Position numbers and translations under genes: made by a program. A DNA stretch of 64,000 nucleotides from Eledone cirrhosa (lineage: Eukaryota), in the NCBI GenBank assembly GCA_964016885.1, contig OZ024741.1:190464001-190528000 (forward strand), written 5' to 3'. The notes beneath the pieces are model-generated. The model had not been told where the DNA came from. It ran no database searches and worked only from the letters and a program-made list of their open reading frames with translations. This document shows positions 28,126-40,583 of this stretch, one piece after another. Position 1 is the stretch's first letter; each line of letters begins with the position of its first letter.

Positions 28126-28954
28126 TATATATATATATATATTACACAATCACAATAAATTAAAGGAGCCAGAGACTCTCGCCATTCCCTGTAAATAATG
28201 TGCTCAAAGGAGAGGAAATCCTGAGCTCTTTAAAATACAATATGTTGAAAAGGTAACACACTAGAGAGAGATACAGTGCGCTATCAATAAAATGGAAAAA
28301 CCACCAGTATCTCTCTCTAGTGTGTTACTTTTTCAACATATTGTATATATATATATATATATATGAATGTATGTATTATCTTTTGTTTGGCACAAAATTC
28401 TCTAAAAGGCTACAAAAGAAATTCCAAAATACGGGTGCGAAATTTAATGTACTTGTTCATGTGAGTCATAATTTCATCTATAACCAATCAAATTATATTT
28501 ATAAAAAAAGCCTTCGTGAGACACTTTTTTTTTTAAGTAAAAAGAAATTCAAACACAAACTAGCGTGAAAGCTGATGTGCTTATTCACATGACTGCATCA
28601 ACCAACCAAACTTCACTCATATATGAAAAAAACAATCTGAGCCCCCCAATTTTTGAAGGCAAATATAAGAACTTTGTAACGCGAACAGGCATGAAATTTA
28701 TTCACATGACAATCATCAAACAACCAAATTACTTCTCTAAAAACCTAGCATTTTGAGCCACTTTTTTCCATATAAAACAAAAGTCACATTCAAACACCAA
28801 TCAGATGTGAGAAAAACCACAAACCCTCCATCTCAATTCTACTTTTGAAAAGCTCAAGAACTGCAAAACCGGTAAAGGAACCAAATAAATATATTTAAAA
28901 AAAAAAGACTCCAGTTGCATTTTCAATTTCATCTTTTTTCCTTATACTTTCACT

Positions 28955-29315
28955 CGTGAAGAACACCTCGCAGACTGTACCAGCTTGCTGCATGTGGCAT
29001 CCCAAATGAGGTGTTTACCACCGCAGAACGGGAAATTGGTCATGCAGACTGGCCTGTTGCCGTCCCCTCGGTCCAACCCCACTGGCTCGAACTAGGAAGG
29101 AAAGCCTATAGCATCCAAGCCATGCTTGGTGACCTGTTGAAAGCAGCATGGCGAGGAAGACTGCCGGCACTGTAGCAGCAGGACAGTGAGAGGAGGCTGA
29201 AAGTGTCTACGGTGGATCTGCAGCGGCATCTATATAGCTCAGTTATCCGTAGGCCGAGTCTCAGGTATACCCCCATTAGCAGGCTATCATTGTCCAGGTG
29301 GTGCATATGATGGCA
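28955..29315 (-). mobile_element. CRE-clade non-LTR retrotransposon fragment (zinc knuckle plus restriction-like endonuclease)
   Basis: LDNDSLLMGVYLRLG...CRC..VD....LSC.YSAGSLPRHAAFN, then EPVGLDRGDGNRP...PF.GGKHLIWDATC. Confidence 0.78.
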
Positions 29316-29344
29316 TATAAAATATTGTTTCTCCAAGATAAAGG

Positions 29345-29797
29345 TCACAATATATAAAACATTGAAGTATCTGGAAAACTAATATTTTCTCTTAGTATTT
29401 TTTCCTGATGAAATGGTGAATATACGTCAGGGAATCATATATACAATCAAATATGGTACTTATTGATACCATATAATAGTTGTTTCTACTTTTGGCACAA
29501 GGCCAGCAATTATATCAGTGTATTACTGGTACTTTATTTTATCAACTCCGTAAGGATGAAAGGCAAAGTTAACCTCAACAGGATTTTTTTGCCTTTCATC
29601 CTTATGGGGTTGATAAAATAAAGTACCAGTAATACACTGGTATAATTGCTGGCCTTGTGCCAAAAGTAGAAACAACTATTATATGGTATCAATAAGTACC
29701 ATATTTGATTGTATATATGATTCCCTGACGTATATTCACCATTTCATCAGGAAAAAATACTAGTTTTCCAGATACTTCAATGTTTTATATATTGTGA
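29345..29797. repeat. Near-perfect ~450-bp palindrome
   Basis: Arms 29345-29567 and 29588-29797; 20-nt spacer; 3 substitutions and one 13-bp indel seen. Confidence 0.97.
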
Positions 29798-30077
29798 GTG
29801 ATGTTATTTAAGATTGTTTTGTTTGTCAGTCTGATTAAATCTTCTAAACATCTATGAATCTGATACATGCTATTCTGTAGAAATTGTTTAGTGAATAATT
29901 TTACCAGAGGCTATTGACAATGGACATATGCAAATGATATTGTAGTACAAGTCTATGCAAATCTATGCGCTTTGGTAAAGATATATATATATATATATAT
30001 ATACGATGTCTTCCAAAAGTAACGGTTGCATTTTGAAAGGGTACGTCAATGTTTATTTATAAAACTGGTATATATTG

Positions 30078-30142
30078 TATTTTGTCTGATGAAAGCATAC
30101 CATAATTTAACATGGTATCCTTGAAATATGTATAATAAAATA
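30078..30142 (+). ncRNA. Type-I hammerhead ribozyme motif (family A, copy 2)
   Basis: Stem I UAUUUUGU/AUAAAAUA; CUGAUGA; stem II AAGCAUACCAU/AUGGUAUCCUU; GAAA UAUGUA UA; downstream ~40 nt shared with copy 1. Confidence 0.75.
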
Positions 30143-30182
30143 GATATGGTTTTATAAATATAGTTTCCATTTATTAATATCG

Positions 30183-30218
<36 letters not shown>

Positions 30219-30694
30219 TATATATATATAATATATATATATTATATATATTCTTCTATCATATAAACAGAAAAAATGAAACGAAATTTAATTTCTCACT
30301 CTTAGTACGGCTGTTACTTAAATATAAGTATGTACACGTACATATATATATGTATACAGACGTACAGTAGTATGTATATATATATATACATACATGCACA
30401 CATATATATATGCACGTATGGATTCACCGAACATTTATTATAATGCTCGGTGTGTTTGTAAACAAACATCCCGAATTAAGCCATACAGTGTCTAGCAACC
30501 ATCGTTGCTCATTTGTTCAACACTGACAAAGGAACGCTGTACTAGTTTCAAGCTTATTAGCTATCGTCAGCAATGTATACCTTCCTGCCAGATGGTTGAA
30601 CGTCTGAAAGTATATACTTTCCTTATGCATATTAATTTATATATATATAATATATATAAATGAAAGGTATAGAAAGTATATACTTTCCTTATGC

Positions 30695-30725
<31 letters not shown>

Positions 30726-31497
30726 TTGGTGAGATATCTTGTCTTTAAAGCAAAGAAATATCCGAGACCCCCCCCTCCCCCATCTAGCTTTCTTCTTATT
30801 CCCACTGCATTTTAAGATACCTTAAATAGCATCTACACAACCATTTCTATTCTCCATATTATTTCATCATGTTATTCGCTGTGACCATTCTTCTCTCCCC
30901 TTCTACCTACCTATTTCGCTACTTTCTACTCTCACCCCTCTTTCTTCCTCTCCCTTTCTCCCTATCTACTCTTACCCCACTTTCTTCCTCTCCCTTTCAC
31001 CCCCTCGCCTGACCCTTTAGCAGTTCTTTTCTCACTTACAACTGCAGGGATCAGACATGTGTCTTGTTCCTCTCGACCACTCAGTCTTGAACTTAAGTTC
31101 TCTTATTGAGTGGTCTTGGATTTCCTTACCTTAAGTTACTCGCACATTGCTCGGTTTGTTGTCTTTTTTCGCTGTTTTTTCACTGTTTTCTCTTTTCTTC
31201 CCGTTTGCTTTTTTCCCCTCCCTACTCTGTTTTCCCTATAACTTATCCAGTTATTGATGCCCTGGAGTGAGATATCTTGTCTTTAAAGCGTAGAAATATC
31301 CGAGACTCCCAGTAGACAACTGATGAGGACCCCCCCCCCCCCCACCCTGCCGTTTTTGCTTTCTTCTTATTCCCACTTTTAAGATATATAATATATATAT
31401 ATTGCTATATTATATATAAAAACATATATATATATATTTAAACATACATATATATATCATCATCATCATTTCATTTCACGTCCGCTTTTCCCTGCTT

Positions 31498-31565
<68 letters not shown>

Positions 31566-31589
31566 GCACACAAACATATAGTTACTTAC

Positions 31590-31695
31590 CAGACTGTATA
31601 ATTGAAGGTAATTGTTTTCTCACCACTGAAGCCATCTGATGGCTGAGTTTGTTGAGGTAGAACATTGTTGAAAACCCGAGCAATATCAATAGACA
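31590..31695 (-). CDS. NCKAP1: NCKAP1/Hem exon: (V)SIDIARVFNNVLPQQTQPSDGFSGEKTITFNYTV(W)
   Basis: 106 nt; acceptor ttgcag, donor gtaagt; RVFNNVL motif. Confidence 0.95.
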
Positions 31696-32451
31696 CTGCA
31701 ATTAATTAACAAATTAGTAATTAAACTCATTAACATGCATTAAAAATCATAGTCTAATAGCAAATTTTCACAACGATATGTCGACAAATAAAGTTACTAT
31801 AAACATTTTAATTAACATCCTCATCATCATTTTATGTCTGCTTTTCCCTGCTTGCAAGGGGAAAACAGCTGTTTTTCAATATTTCCAGCTAAATCATTAC
31901 AAGATGTTAAGAGTTAACAAAGCAAGTAAAGTGAAGTGGTTTCACTACAATACATTTCTTGCTGTTATTTCCATTCATATTTCACAGATTTATTATACAG
32001 GCAATTAAATAAGAGCAAACAGTAGAACTTCTATGTAGTTGTTGGGCTTGCAAGATATAGCACTTAAATTAACCCCCAAAGCAAGGACACATTAAATAAC
32101 AGTCAGATATGCATCATGACTGAATAAAAAACAGGATGGTCCAGGTTGGAATATCTTTGATCAAAGGTTAAACAATAACAATAACTTTTATGCTAAATAT
32201 ACTACTACATTGTTGATGTTATAGTTATTGCTATATATTAATCATCATAATCATTTATGAATGTGCGTATGGAAATCATGTATATGTTTGAAAAATGAGG
32301 GATACATTGGATAATGGAGTCCTAGATTATGTTTGAATAAACAATGGTTAGTGCAGGCACAATTTTGCACACTGGCATTATTGATCAGGGCCTAAACAAC
32401 AAATGTTATGAATCATAATTGTTCAGTTAGTTTTATAAGTTAATATAAAGA

Positions 32452-32720
32452 TAAGGTAACATATAAAAGGTCACCTCTCTCAGGTAACATATAAGAGGTC
32501 ACCCCCTCACAGGTAACATGCAAGAGGTCACCCCCTCACAGGTAACATGCAAGAGGTCACCCCCTCACAGGTAACATGCAAGAGGTCACCTTTCTCAGGT
32601 AACATATATATATATCAGGGGTTGCCTCTCTCAAGTAACATATAAAGAGGTCAGCTCTCTCAGGTAACAGAAGAAATCAAGTGAGCCAGGTAACATTTAA
32701 GAGGTCATCTTTCTCAAGTA
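32452..32720. repeat. Minisatellite of ~27-28-bp units (~9 copies)
   Basis: aggtaacatgcaagaggtcaccccctcac repeats. Confidence 0.9.
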
Positions 32721-32748
32721 AGATATATGAAGAGGACAGTTGTCTTAC

Positions 32749-32864
32749 CATAATTTTCAATGCTCTGTAATACATTCATCATCGCTCGTACACCACTCAG
32801 TAGTTCTGATGGTTTAGCTATTTCATTAGTTTCCGGGTTATACATCATCATTCCAACCAAAGCC
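32749..32864 (-). CDS. NCKAP1: NCKAP1/Hem exon: (K)ALVGMMMYNPETNEIAKPSELLSGVRAMMNVLQSIENY(V)
   Basis: 116 nt; acceptor tttgtag, donor gtaaga. Confidence 0.96.
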
Positions 32865-33022
32865 CTACAAAAATAAACAACAAAAACAATACCATCATCA
32901 TTTAACGTCATTTTCCCTGGTAGCAAGGGTTGGGTGGGTCAAGTCAGTACTTTATTGGAGTTTACTGACTTATAGGATGGGCTAGGGCTGTATCTTACTT
33001 AGACACATTATTACATTCTACA

Positions 33023-33217
33023 GGGTGGTGGATTGGCAGTATCGGTAGAGGGTCAGACGCCATGCTTTGCAGCATAGAGTTACGGCCCTTTATGGTCCGA
33101 GTTCAAATCCCGCCGAGGTTAACTTTGCCTTTCATCCTTACGGGGTCGATAAAATAAAGTACCAGTAATGCACTGGGATAATTGCTGGCCTTGTGCCAAA
33201 AGTAGAAATAATTATTA
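33023..33217 (+). mobile_element. Full-length tRNA-derived SINE with Deu/Nin-like central domain; other copies near 655-840, 6845-6964, 10481-10586, 29474-29585, 34110-34330, 42724-42850, 47466-47700, 62950-63065
   Basis: A box TGGCAGTATCGG, B box GAGTTCAAATCC, gcctttcatccttacggggtcgataaaataaagtacc, (TTA)n tail. Confidence 0.85.
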
Positions 33218-33744
33218 CAGTCTACAGAGTGTATTGAGCACATTTTATCATAGCACCAGCACTAGGGAGGTTGTCATATTTTTGACACATTTGAAGAGCC
33301 CTCTCAACCCTTGGCCGGTTGCCTTTCCTATCACCAACCACTTTACAGAATGTAGTGGGTACTTTTATTGTCAGGTTGCCATGCTCTTGACACAACTGAA
33401 CAATGACATACAATACATTTTAGGGGAAGAATACAGTTGCTTATATCAACCTCAATACATGACTGGTACTTAGACTGATGACCCCTGGAGAATGACAGAT
33501 AAGGTAAAGTTGATCTTAGTAGGATTTGAAGCTAGAATATATATTCCATTCTACTATTTTGGCCATTCACAATAATAATAATTATACATACGATAAAACC
33601 TTAAAACATAGTAGGGGGATAAAATAGAGTGATATAAAAATGAGAAGTAAAACCATTCTACAATGAAAGTATTAAAAATGTGATAAAAACAAAGAATATA
33701 AAATTATTAAACTTCTGATGCATTAGTAGAGATTGATTTTGACT

Positions 33745-34035
33745 TCACATTGCATGTGTGTTATCCCAATCTCCAATGTGCAGCTTCCGTTGTAAACAGG
33801 ACATGAGGATGGTTTTGTTGTAGAAGCAAGGTATTAATCTACATGCATGCCTCTGTTCCCACTTCTCTTGGTTTTTCTGAGTACCTTTCTCCTTCATATA
33901 TGTAATCACCTCTTCAAGAGTACAAATGCCAAAATGAATGGCTGGTAGTAATAGCTTTCATTTTTGAATTGTTGTTCTAACTTATCTTCAAAGTGGTTTT
34001 CAGCTGCTCTTTCAAGCGCTTTATAATTCTTCCAG
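33745..34035 (-). mobile_element. Old RTE/BovB-like C-terminal fragment
   Basis: KRLKEQLKTTLK...KPSSCPV.NGSCTLEIG remnant. Confidence 0.45.
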
Positions 34036-34718
34036 CCAACAGTAAACTGACCCCAGCAGGATTTTTACCATAATGTAGAGGAACAAAACTAAATACTGAA
34101 TTAATGTTCAAAATAATTCTTTCTAACATTGGCACAGGGCCAACAATTTAGAGGAAGGGGAAAGTTCATTGAACCAGCCCTAGTACTTAACTGCTACTTT
34201 ATTTTATTGATTCCAGAAGGATGAAAAGCAAAGTTGACCATGGCAAGATTTGAACTCAGAACCCAAAGAGCCAGAATAAATAGTGTGAAACATATGTCTG
34301 ATACTCTAACAACCCTGCCAATCCACTGCCTTCCTAGTGTTCAAAATAATAATAATCATAATTGTTTCTACTTTTGGCACAAGGGCAGCAATTACCCAGA
34401 ACATTACTGGTACTTTATTTTATAATAATAATAATCATAATGATAATTCATAACATAGACCCAAGGTCAAACATTTTAATGGGAAGAAATAGTCAATTCA
34501 ATGTATCCCAATACTTGATAGATACTGAATTTATTGACACTATAGTAAGGTAAAAACCAACACTGATTGTGGCAGGATCTGAACCAAAAAATAACTAAAT
34601 TCAGTAAGACTACTGCTTCTGCAGTCACCGATCTAGTGTCTAAAATAATAACAATAATACTAATTTGGGCTTGGCATGTGTTAAAAAAGGTTAAAGTAGA
34701 ATTAAGTCAAATACCCAC

Positions 34719-34850
34719 TTGTTGAATCTGGCTTCCAGTAGCTGCAAGAAGAATTCTCTGGGTACAAATCCATGATCACGGACTTGGATGATGTTACAAT
34801 AGTTGAGGGCAAAACAAAGTTCTGTGAGGGCCATATGGAGTTTGTCCATT
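34719..34850 (-). CDS. NCKAP1: NCKAP1/Hem exon: (R)MDKLHMALTELCFALNYCNIIQVRDHGFVPREFFLQLLEARFN(K)
   Basis: 132 nt; acceptor ttgccag, donor gtgggt. Confidence 0.94.
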
Positions 34851-35462
34851 CTGGCAAATAAAACATAATTTTAACAAATAATCTGATGACATCAAACAGA
34901 GAAGTGGAGATTTCTTACATTGACATACTGATAGAAATATGTAAGAGAAAAGTTTCATGTATAGAATTGACACCAGAATATAACTGATATTAATATTATC
35001 TATTACATTAAAAGTTAAAAACAAGAACACAGACATAGATACACATAATATCAATATAAGTGTTATGTTTCAAATAACAAATTTATACAGAGTTGCAATT
35101 ATTATTTTCTAAGAAAATATTAACTGACCAAATCATCTTTTTCCCAATCGATGTTGGTACTAATGCTAATAAATTATATAAGACATACCACCATACCCCA
35201 CACAACAATCCCAGCATGCCTCACATCATTAGGCCACCATATCCCACACACAGAGGTCACCATGTTCCACATAAACAGGCCATCATTAGACCACGATATG
35301 CCATATAGTCAAGCCATCAGCAGGTTTCCATATCTTCATAGACAACTCACACATACATGCTGCCATGTCCAAAATATGTGCTGCTGTTGAGCCAAGTTGG
35401 TTGAGTAGTCATTCATGACCTGTTCCCTCTAAACACCAAAACATAACCAAGACTGTACTTAC

Positions 35463-35602
35463 CTGGTGAAGTTCTCTCGATTTTTACGTATACTCTCCAT
35501 CCCAGGTTTCTCTGGTTCCTGAATGGCTTTGTTTTTCTTGTCTTTGGCTTTCCTACGTTGGTAAGATTGGCTGATAGACACTGCACTATGCTTGGGCAGC
35601 AG
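35463..35602 (-). CDS. NCKAP1: NCKAP1/Hem exon: LLPKHSAVSISQSYQRRKAKDKKNKAIQEPEKPGMESIRKNRENFT(R)
   Basis: 140 nt; acceptor ttccaaag, donor gtaagt; LLPKH and KPGxESxRKNR motifs. Confidence 0.95.
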
Positions 35603-35919
35603 CTTTGGAAATACAAATACAAAGTTGAATACATATGTACATGCATATATATAAAGAGATACACATACAAACTTTAATACATACATGTGTTTATGTCTAT
35701 ATGTATCATCTTCTCCAAAGCCCTGAACATATGTAAGTGAGATGCAGGCCCTCAGCCTATTTGAGAAGTCAGTATCTTTGCGTCAGTACACTGACTTAGT
35801 TCGTGATGGCCCATTCAACATATGCTAGCAAGGAAAAACGTTAAATGATGATGATGAGGCTGAATCAGTTGGGGTCCAGAACCAAACGAAACTTAAGTAT
35901 CTGTTTATATCATTGGCAA

Positions 35920-38885
35920 CCTTAATGGTCATGTTGGACAACATTGTGATGGCTATGACGGAATCCATGAAGATTATGGGTTTCGTACTAGAAATGAGGA
36001 AGGCTTCAGGATCCTGGAATTCTGTGATGCTAATAACCTAACTATCTGTAACACAAACTTCAAAAAACACCTATAGATCAGAGGAGCACACCAGCCAGAT
36101 AGACTTTATCCTTACTAGAAAACGAGACAGAGTGTCTGTTGTGAACACTAAGTCCCTCCTTGGGGAAGAATGGACCCCCCAACATAGCTTAATAGTTAGT
36201 GACCTCATAGTCAGGGCTAGATGCACTCGACAACAGAGGGCTACCTTGAGGAGAAGAATATGGAAGTTGAAGAACCCCACAGCCAGTAACAAATTTAAAA
36301 GCATATTACTTGATGCTTTTGACAGTAAGGAAGAGCAATTAGAGACATACAATATAGAGGAACAGTGGAAATTCCTGAAAGTTAACTTGCTGAATGCGAC
36401 TGATGAAATCTGTGGCTGGAGCAGACCTTTAGGTAGAAGGAGAGTAACTTGGTGGTGGAACAATAAGGTGGAGGAGTCAATTAAGGGCAAAAAGTAGGCT
36501 TGGAAAGAATGGCAGGATTGGGGGAAGTAGAGAACACTATCAGGTGGCTAGGAGAGAAGTTAGGGGAGAAGTATACTTTGCAAAAAGGGAAGCAGAGGAT
36601 AGAAAGTTCAAGCATGTTCTACAACGCGAGGACCAAAAATGTGAGGTGTTCAGGATTGAGAGATAATGTGTCAAGGAAAATTGTGATATTGTCAGGGAGA
36701 AGTGTGTCTGCAATGATAATGGTATACTTGTCCTCACTGATACTGATAAGAAGGTAGCTTGGCAGTGTCACTACGAGAGACTACTAAATGAAGAGAATGA
36801 ATGAATGGGATAAAGATAGTCTGCCTCGCATTGATCCAACAGAGGACCAGCTGTGCAAGTTAATGGTAGTATAGTAAGTAAGGCAATCAGAAATATGAAG
36901 ACAGGCAAGGCAGCTGGGTCTTTGGAGATAGTTGCTGAAATGTTGACAGCATCTGGAATGGTGGGACATACTATGGTCACCCGGATAGTAAACCAAGTAA
37001 TACAGAATGGGGGTCATACCAAATGACTGGCATAGCAGCGTCATTGTCAACTGCTACAAGGACAAAGGAGATGTTCTAGATAAAGGAAACTATAGGGGTA
37101 TTAAATTAGTTGACAAGGTCATGAAGGTCACAGAAAGAGTTATTGCATAACTGATTAGAGACCGAATTGATCTAGATGAAATGTAGTTTGGGTTTGTGCC
37201 AGCTAAAAGTACCATGGATGCTCTCTTCCTTGTACAGCAACTACAGGAGAAGTACCTAGCTAAAAGTAAACCCCTCTACTTAGCGTTTGTTGACTTGGAG
37301 AAAGCCTTTGACAGAGTCGCCCGGCACCATTATTTGGTGGGCTCTTAGAAAACTAGGTGTAGATGAGTGGCTTGAGAGAGCTATACAAGCCATGTATAGA
37401 GGAACAGTCAGTAAGGTTAGAATTAACAATTAATATAGTGAAGAATTTAGCATAAAAGTAGGTGTTCACCAAGGCTCCGTCCTTAGCCCCCTCCTGTTTA
37501 TTATTGCCTTACATGCTATAACAGAAGATTTTAGGACTGGCTGCTCATAGGAACTTCTATATGCAGATGATCTAACTCTCATAGCTGAATCTATGGCTGA
37601 ACTAGAGAAGAAATAGCAAACATGGAAGCTAGGCCTAGAATCAAAAGGCCTTAAAGTTAAATTATCTAAGACTAAAGTTCTAGTATGTAGAAAGGAGAAT
37701 AGGGCACAGGTGCTCTCTGGGAAATGGCCATGCTTAGTGTGTCGGAAAGGAGTAGGTAGAAATTCCATTCTATGCCGCAAATGCAAACTATAGGTACATA
37801 AAAGATGTAGTGGGATCATAGGCAGTCTATCTAAGAACGTAGATTTTATATCTGGCTGATGCTCAGGTGCAATAAGTAGCAAGTGCCCACAGGATACTAG
37901 CTCTTTCTACTGCCCAGATAGTTCTATAGAAATAGTGGACACTTTCCATTACCTGGGTGACAAAATCAGCAGTGGTGGAGAGTGCTCTGAAAGTACAGTA
38001 GCCAGAGTTAGAACAGGATGGAAAAAGTTCAGAGAGCTAATACCGCTGTTCGCCACAAAGGGTTTCTCTCTAAAAATGAAAGGCAGATTGTATGATGCAT
38101 GTATACGAACGGCGATATTACATGGTAGTTAGACCTGGGCGTTGTGTGCTGAAGACTTACATAGATTAGAAAAGAAACGAAGCTTGCATGCTCCAATGGA
38201 TGTGTAATAGTAATATACGTGAACAGCAAAGCATAAATGAATTGAGAGAGAGAAACTAAGCATAAGAGGTATCAAATGTTGTGTGATGCATATGAAGGAC
38301 AACAGCTATATAAAAGAGTGCAGGGCGATCAAAATTGATGGGAGCTACGGAGTGGGTAGACCCAGAAAAACCTGGGACGAGGTGATAAAAACTGACCTTG
38401 CTCACTTACACCTCTCTAAGACAATGTCACTGGATCGAGATCTTTGGTACTACGCAGTTATACAGAAGACCTGCCTTCCTTTACATATAAACTTAAACCT
38501 ACAGTCAGTAGGAACCTCTTAACCCAATACACACCTCACCCCACAGCCATACTCCATCCTCCCACTTTCGTTCACACCACCTGTAAAGTTATGTTGGTAC
38601 CACAGAACATCCAACCCACACTGTAAAGTGGTCATGTAGGTGACACAACAAAAAGCACCCAGTTCACACTGTGAAGTGGTCGTGTAGGAGACATGTTAAA
38701 AAAGCTCCCAGTCCACACTGTAAATGTGTTTGGTGTTAGGAAGGGCATACAGCCGTAGAAAACCTGCCAGAAACAGTTTTATATGAGCGAGACATGGTCG
38801 CCCGACCAATCTTGCCTCAAGTAGGACAAACCCATCCAACCCGTGCTAGCGTGGAAGATGGATGTTAAATGATGATGATGATGAT
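35920..38885 (+). mobile_element. Degenerate RTE LINE (endonuclease 3' half, RT, 3' UTR)
   Basis: NGHVG, SQIDFILTR, RRVTWWWN, LAFVDLEKAF, LLYADD, (GAT)n tail. Confidence 0.92.
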
Positions 38886-39305
38886 ATATATATACCACAT
38901 CTCCTTCGTTATATATATAAGGTGTGGTAAGGAACCAGATAGACCATAATGCACCAGAGTACTCAATAATTAGGGTAGTATAGTGGCCCTATCTTAAACA
39001 GATACCAGTATATATATATATATATATAGGAAAATATTTAACCCCGACGGCAGAGCTCAAGCCATTTCGACGGCTATTTCTGGACTATCTCTGCCGTCAG
39101 GGTTAAACATTTTGCTATATATATATATATATATATATATATACTGGTATCTACCTGTTTAAGGTAGGGTCAATAATGTCTTGAAGAGTTAATTCTGAGA
39201 TCATGTGGTGAGAGGTATTGTTTTCGTTGTAGGCTCTCACATCATATAATATTCCATTGTAGATTCTCAGTGAGCTACAAAATTACACACATATATATAT
39301 ATATA

Positions 39306-40576
39306 CAGGGGTAGGATAAAATAATGGAAACACCTAGCATCAAACCATCATAATTTTGAAATATCTATAAAACCGTCAAAAGCTTGTTTATTTTTATGAT
39401 TTTTGATTTATTATTAGTGTTGCTTAATATGTTTTGTTAAAATTGCTGTTTCTTTTCAGATATCATCAGAAAAAGGTAATTAAAATTCATTAAAATTACA
39501 GATCTATCGGACTTACAAAGAGGTCAAATTGTTAGTGCTCGTATGGCAGGCGATAGCGTAACGAAAACAGCCGAAATGTTTGGTGTTTCAAGAAGTACTG
39601 TCTCGAAAGTAATAACAGCCTTTGAGAAAGATGGAAAAACCTCCTCGGCGAAATAAAACTCCGGAAGAAAACCAAAACTTTCAGATAGGGATCGTCGGAC
39701 TCTTACGCGAATTGTTAGAAAGGATCACAAAAGTACAGCTCCCAAAATTACTGCAGAGCTTAATGACCACCTCGAGAACCCAGTTTCCACAAAAACTGTT
39801 CGCCGGGAGCTGCACAAAGCCGGATTTCACGGGGGGGCTGCAATCAGAAAACCACTACTTTCAAAAACAAATGTTGCAAAGCGTTTAGAGTGGAGTAAAA
39901 ACCTACAGAATTGGTCCCTAGAGTAGTGGAAGAATGTTATTTTCTTGGACGAGTCATGCTTTACCTTATTTCCGACCACCGGCCGAGTATACGTGTGGAG
40001 ACAGCCAAAAGAAGCACTTGACCCAGACTGCCTTCTTCCAACTTTTAATCATGGAGGAGGATCTGTGATGATCTGAGGGGCTATATCTTGGAACTCCGCC
40101 GGCCCAATGGTTTCGCTTCATGGCAGAATTAATAGTCAAGACTATTTAAGCATTTTATCTGAACAAATTCATCCTATGGTTGCGGAACTGTTTCCGGAGG
40201 GAAACACAATCTTTCAGGGTGATAATGCACCAATTCACAGTTAAAGTTATTACTGAATGGCACAAGGAATATTCTAGTGAAGTTGAACATCTTATCTGGC
40301 CACCACAGTCCCCAGATCTCAATATTATTGAACATTTATGGTGCATTTTAGAAAAACTAGTAAGGAGTCGATATCCTCCACCATCATCACTACAAGAACT
40401 GGAGACTATTTTAGCTGAAGAATGGACAAAAATTCCTTTGGAAACAATTCAAACTTTGTATGAGTCCATACCTTGTAGAATTCAAGCTGTAATTACTGCC
40501 AAAGGCAGTCCTACCCCATATTAAAATAAATTTGTTTGAAATTTTAAGGTGTTTCCATTATTTTTTCCAACCCCTG
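39306..40576 (+). mobile_element. Complete Tc1-family DNA transposon (1271 bp)
   Basis: TA target duplications; TIRs caggggtaggataaaataatggaaacacc / ggtgtttccattattttttccaacccctg. Confidence 0.95.
39495..40524 (+). pseudogene. Tc1-type DDE transposase pseudogene
   Basis: DLSDLQRGQIV...GRKPKLSDRDRR...IFLDES...IFQGDNAPIH...WPPQSPDLNIIEHLW; in-frame stops and a frameshift. Confidence 0.92.
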
Positions 40577-40583
40577 TATATAT

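Noticed and set aside
26594-28198. Long Y/I/C/V/H/T-rich ORFs
   Set aside because: Translations of TA/CA microsatellites.
29401-29434. CTGATGA...GTC inside the palindrome arm as a hammerhead
   Set aside because: No stem II and GAAT instead of GAAA; it simply forms a small hairpin.
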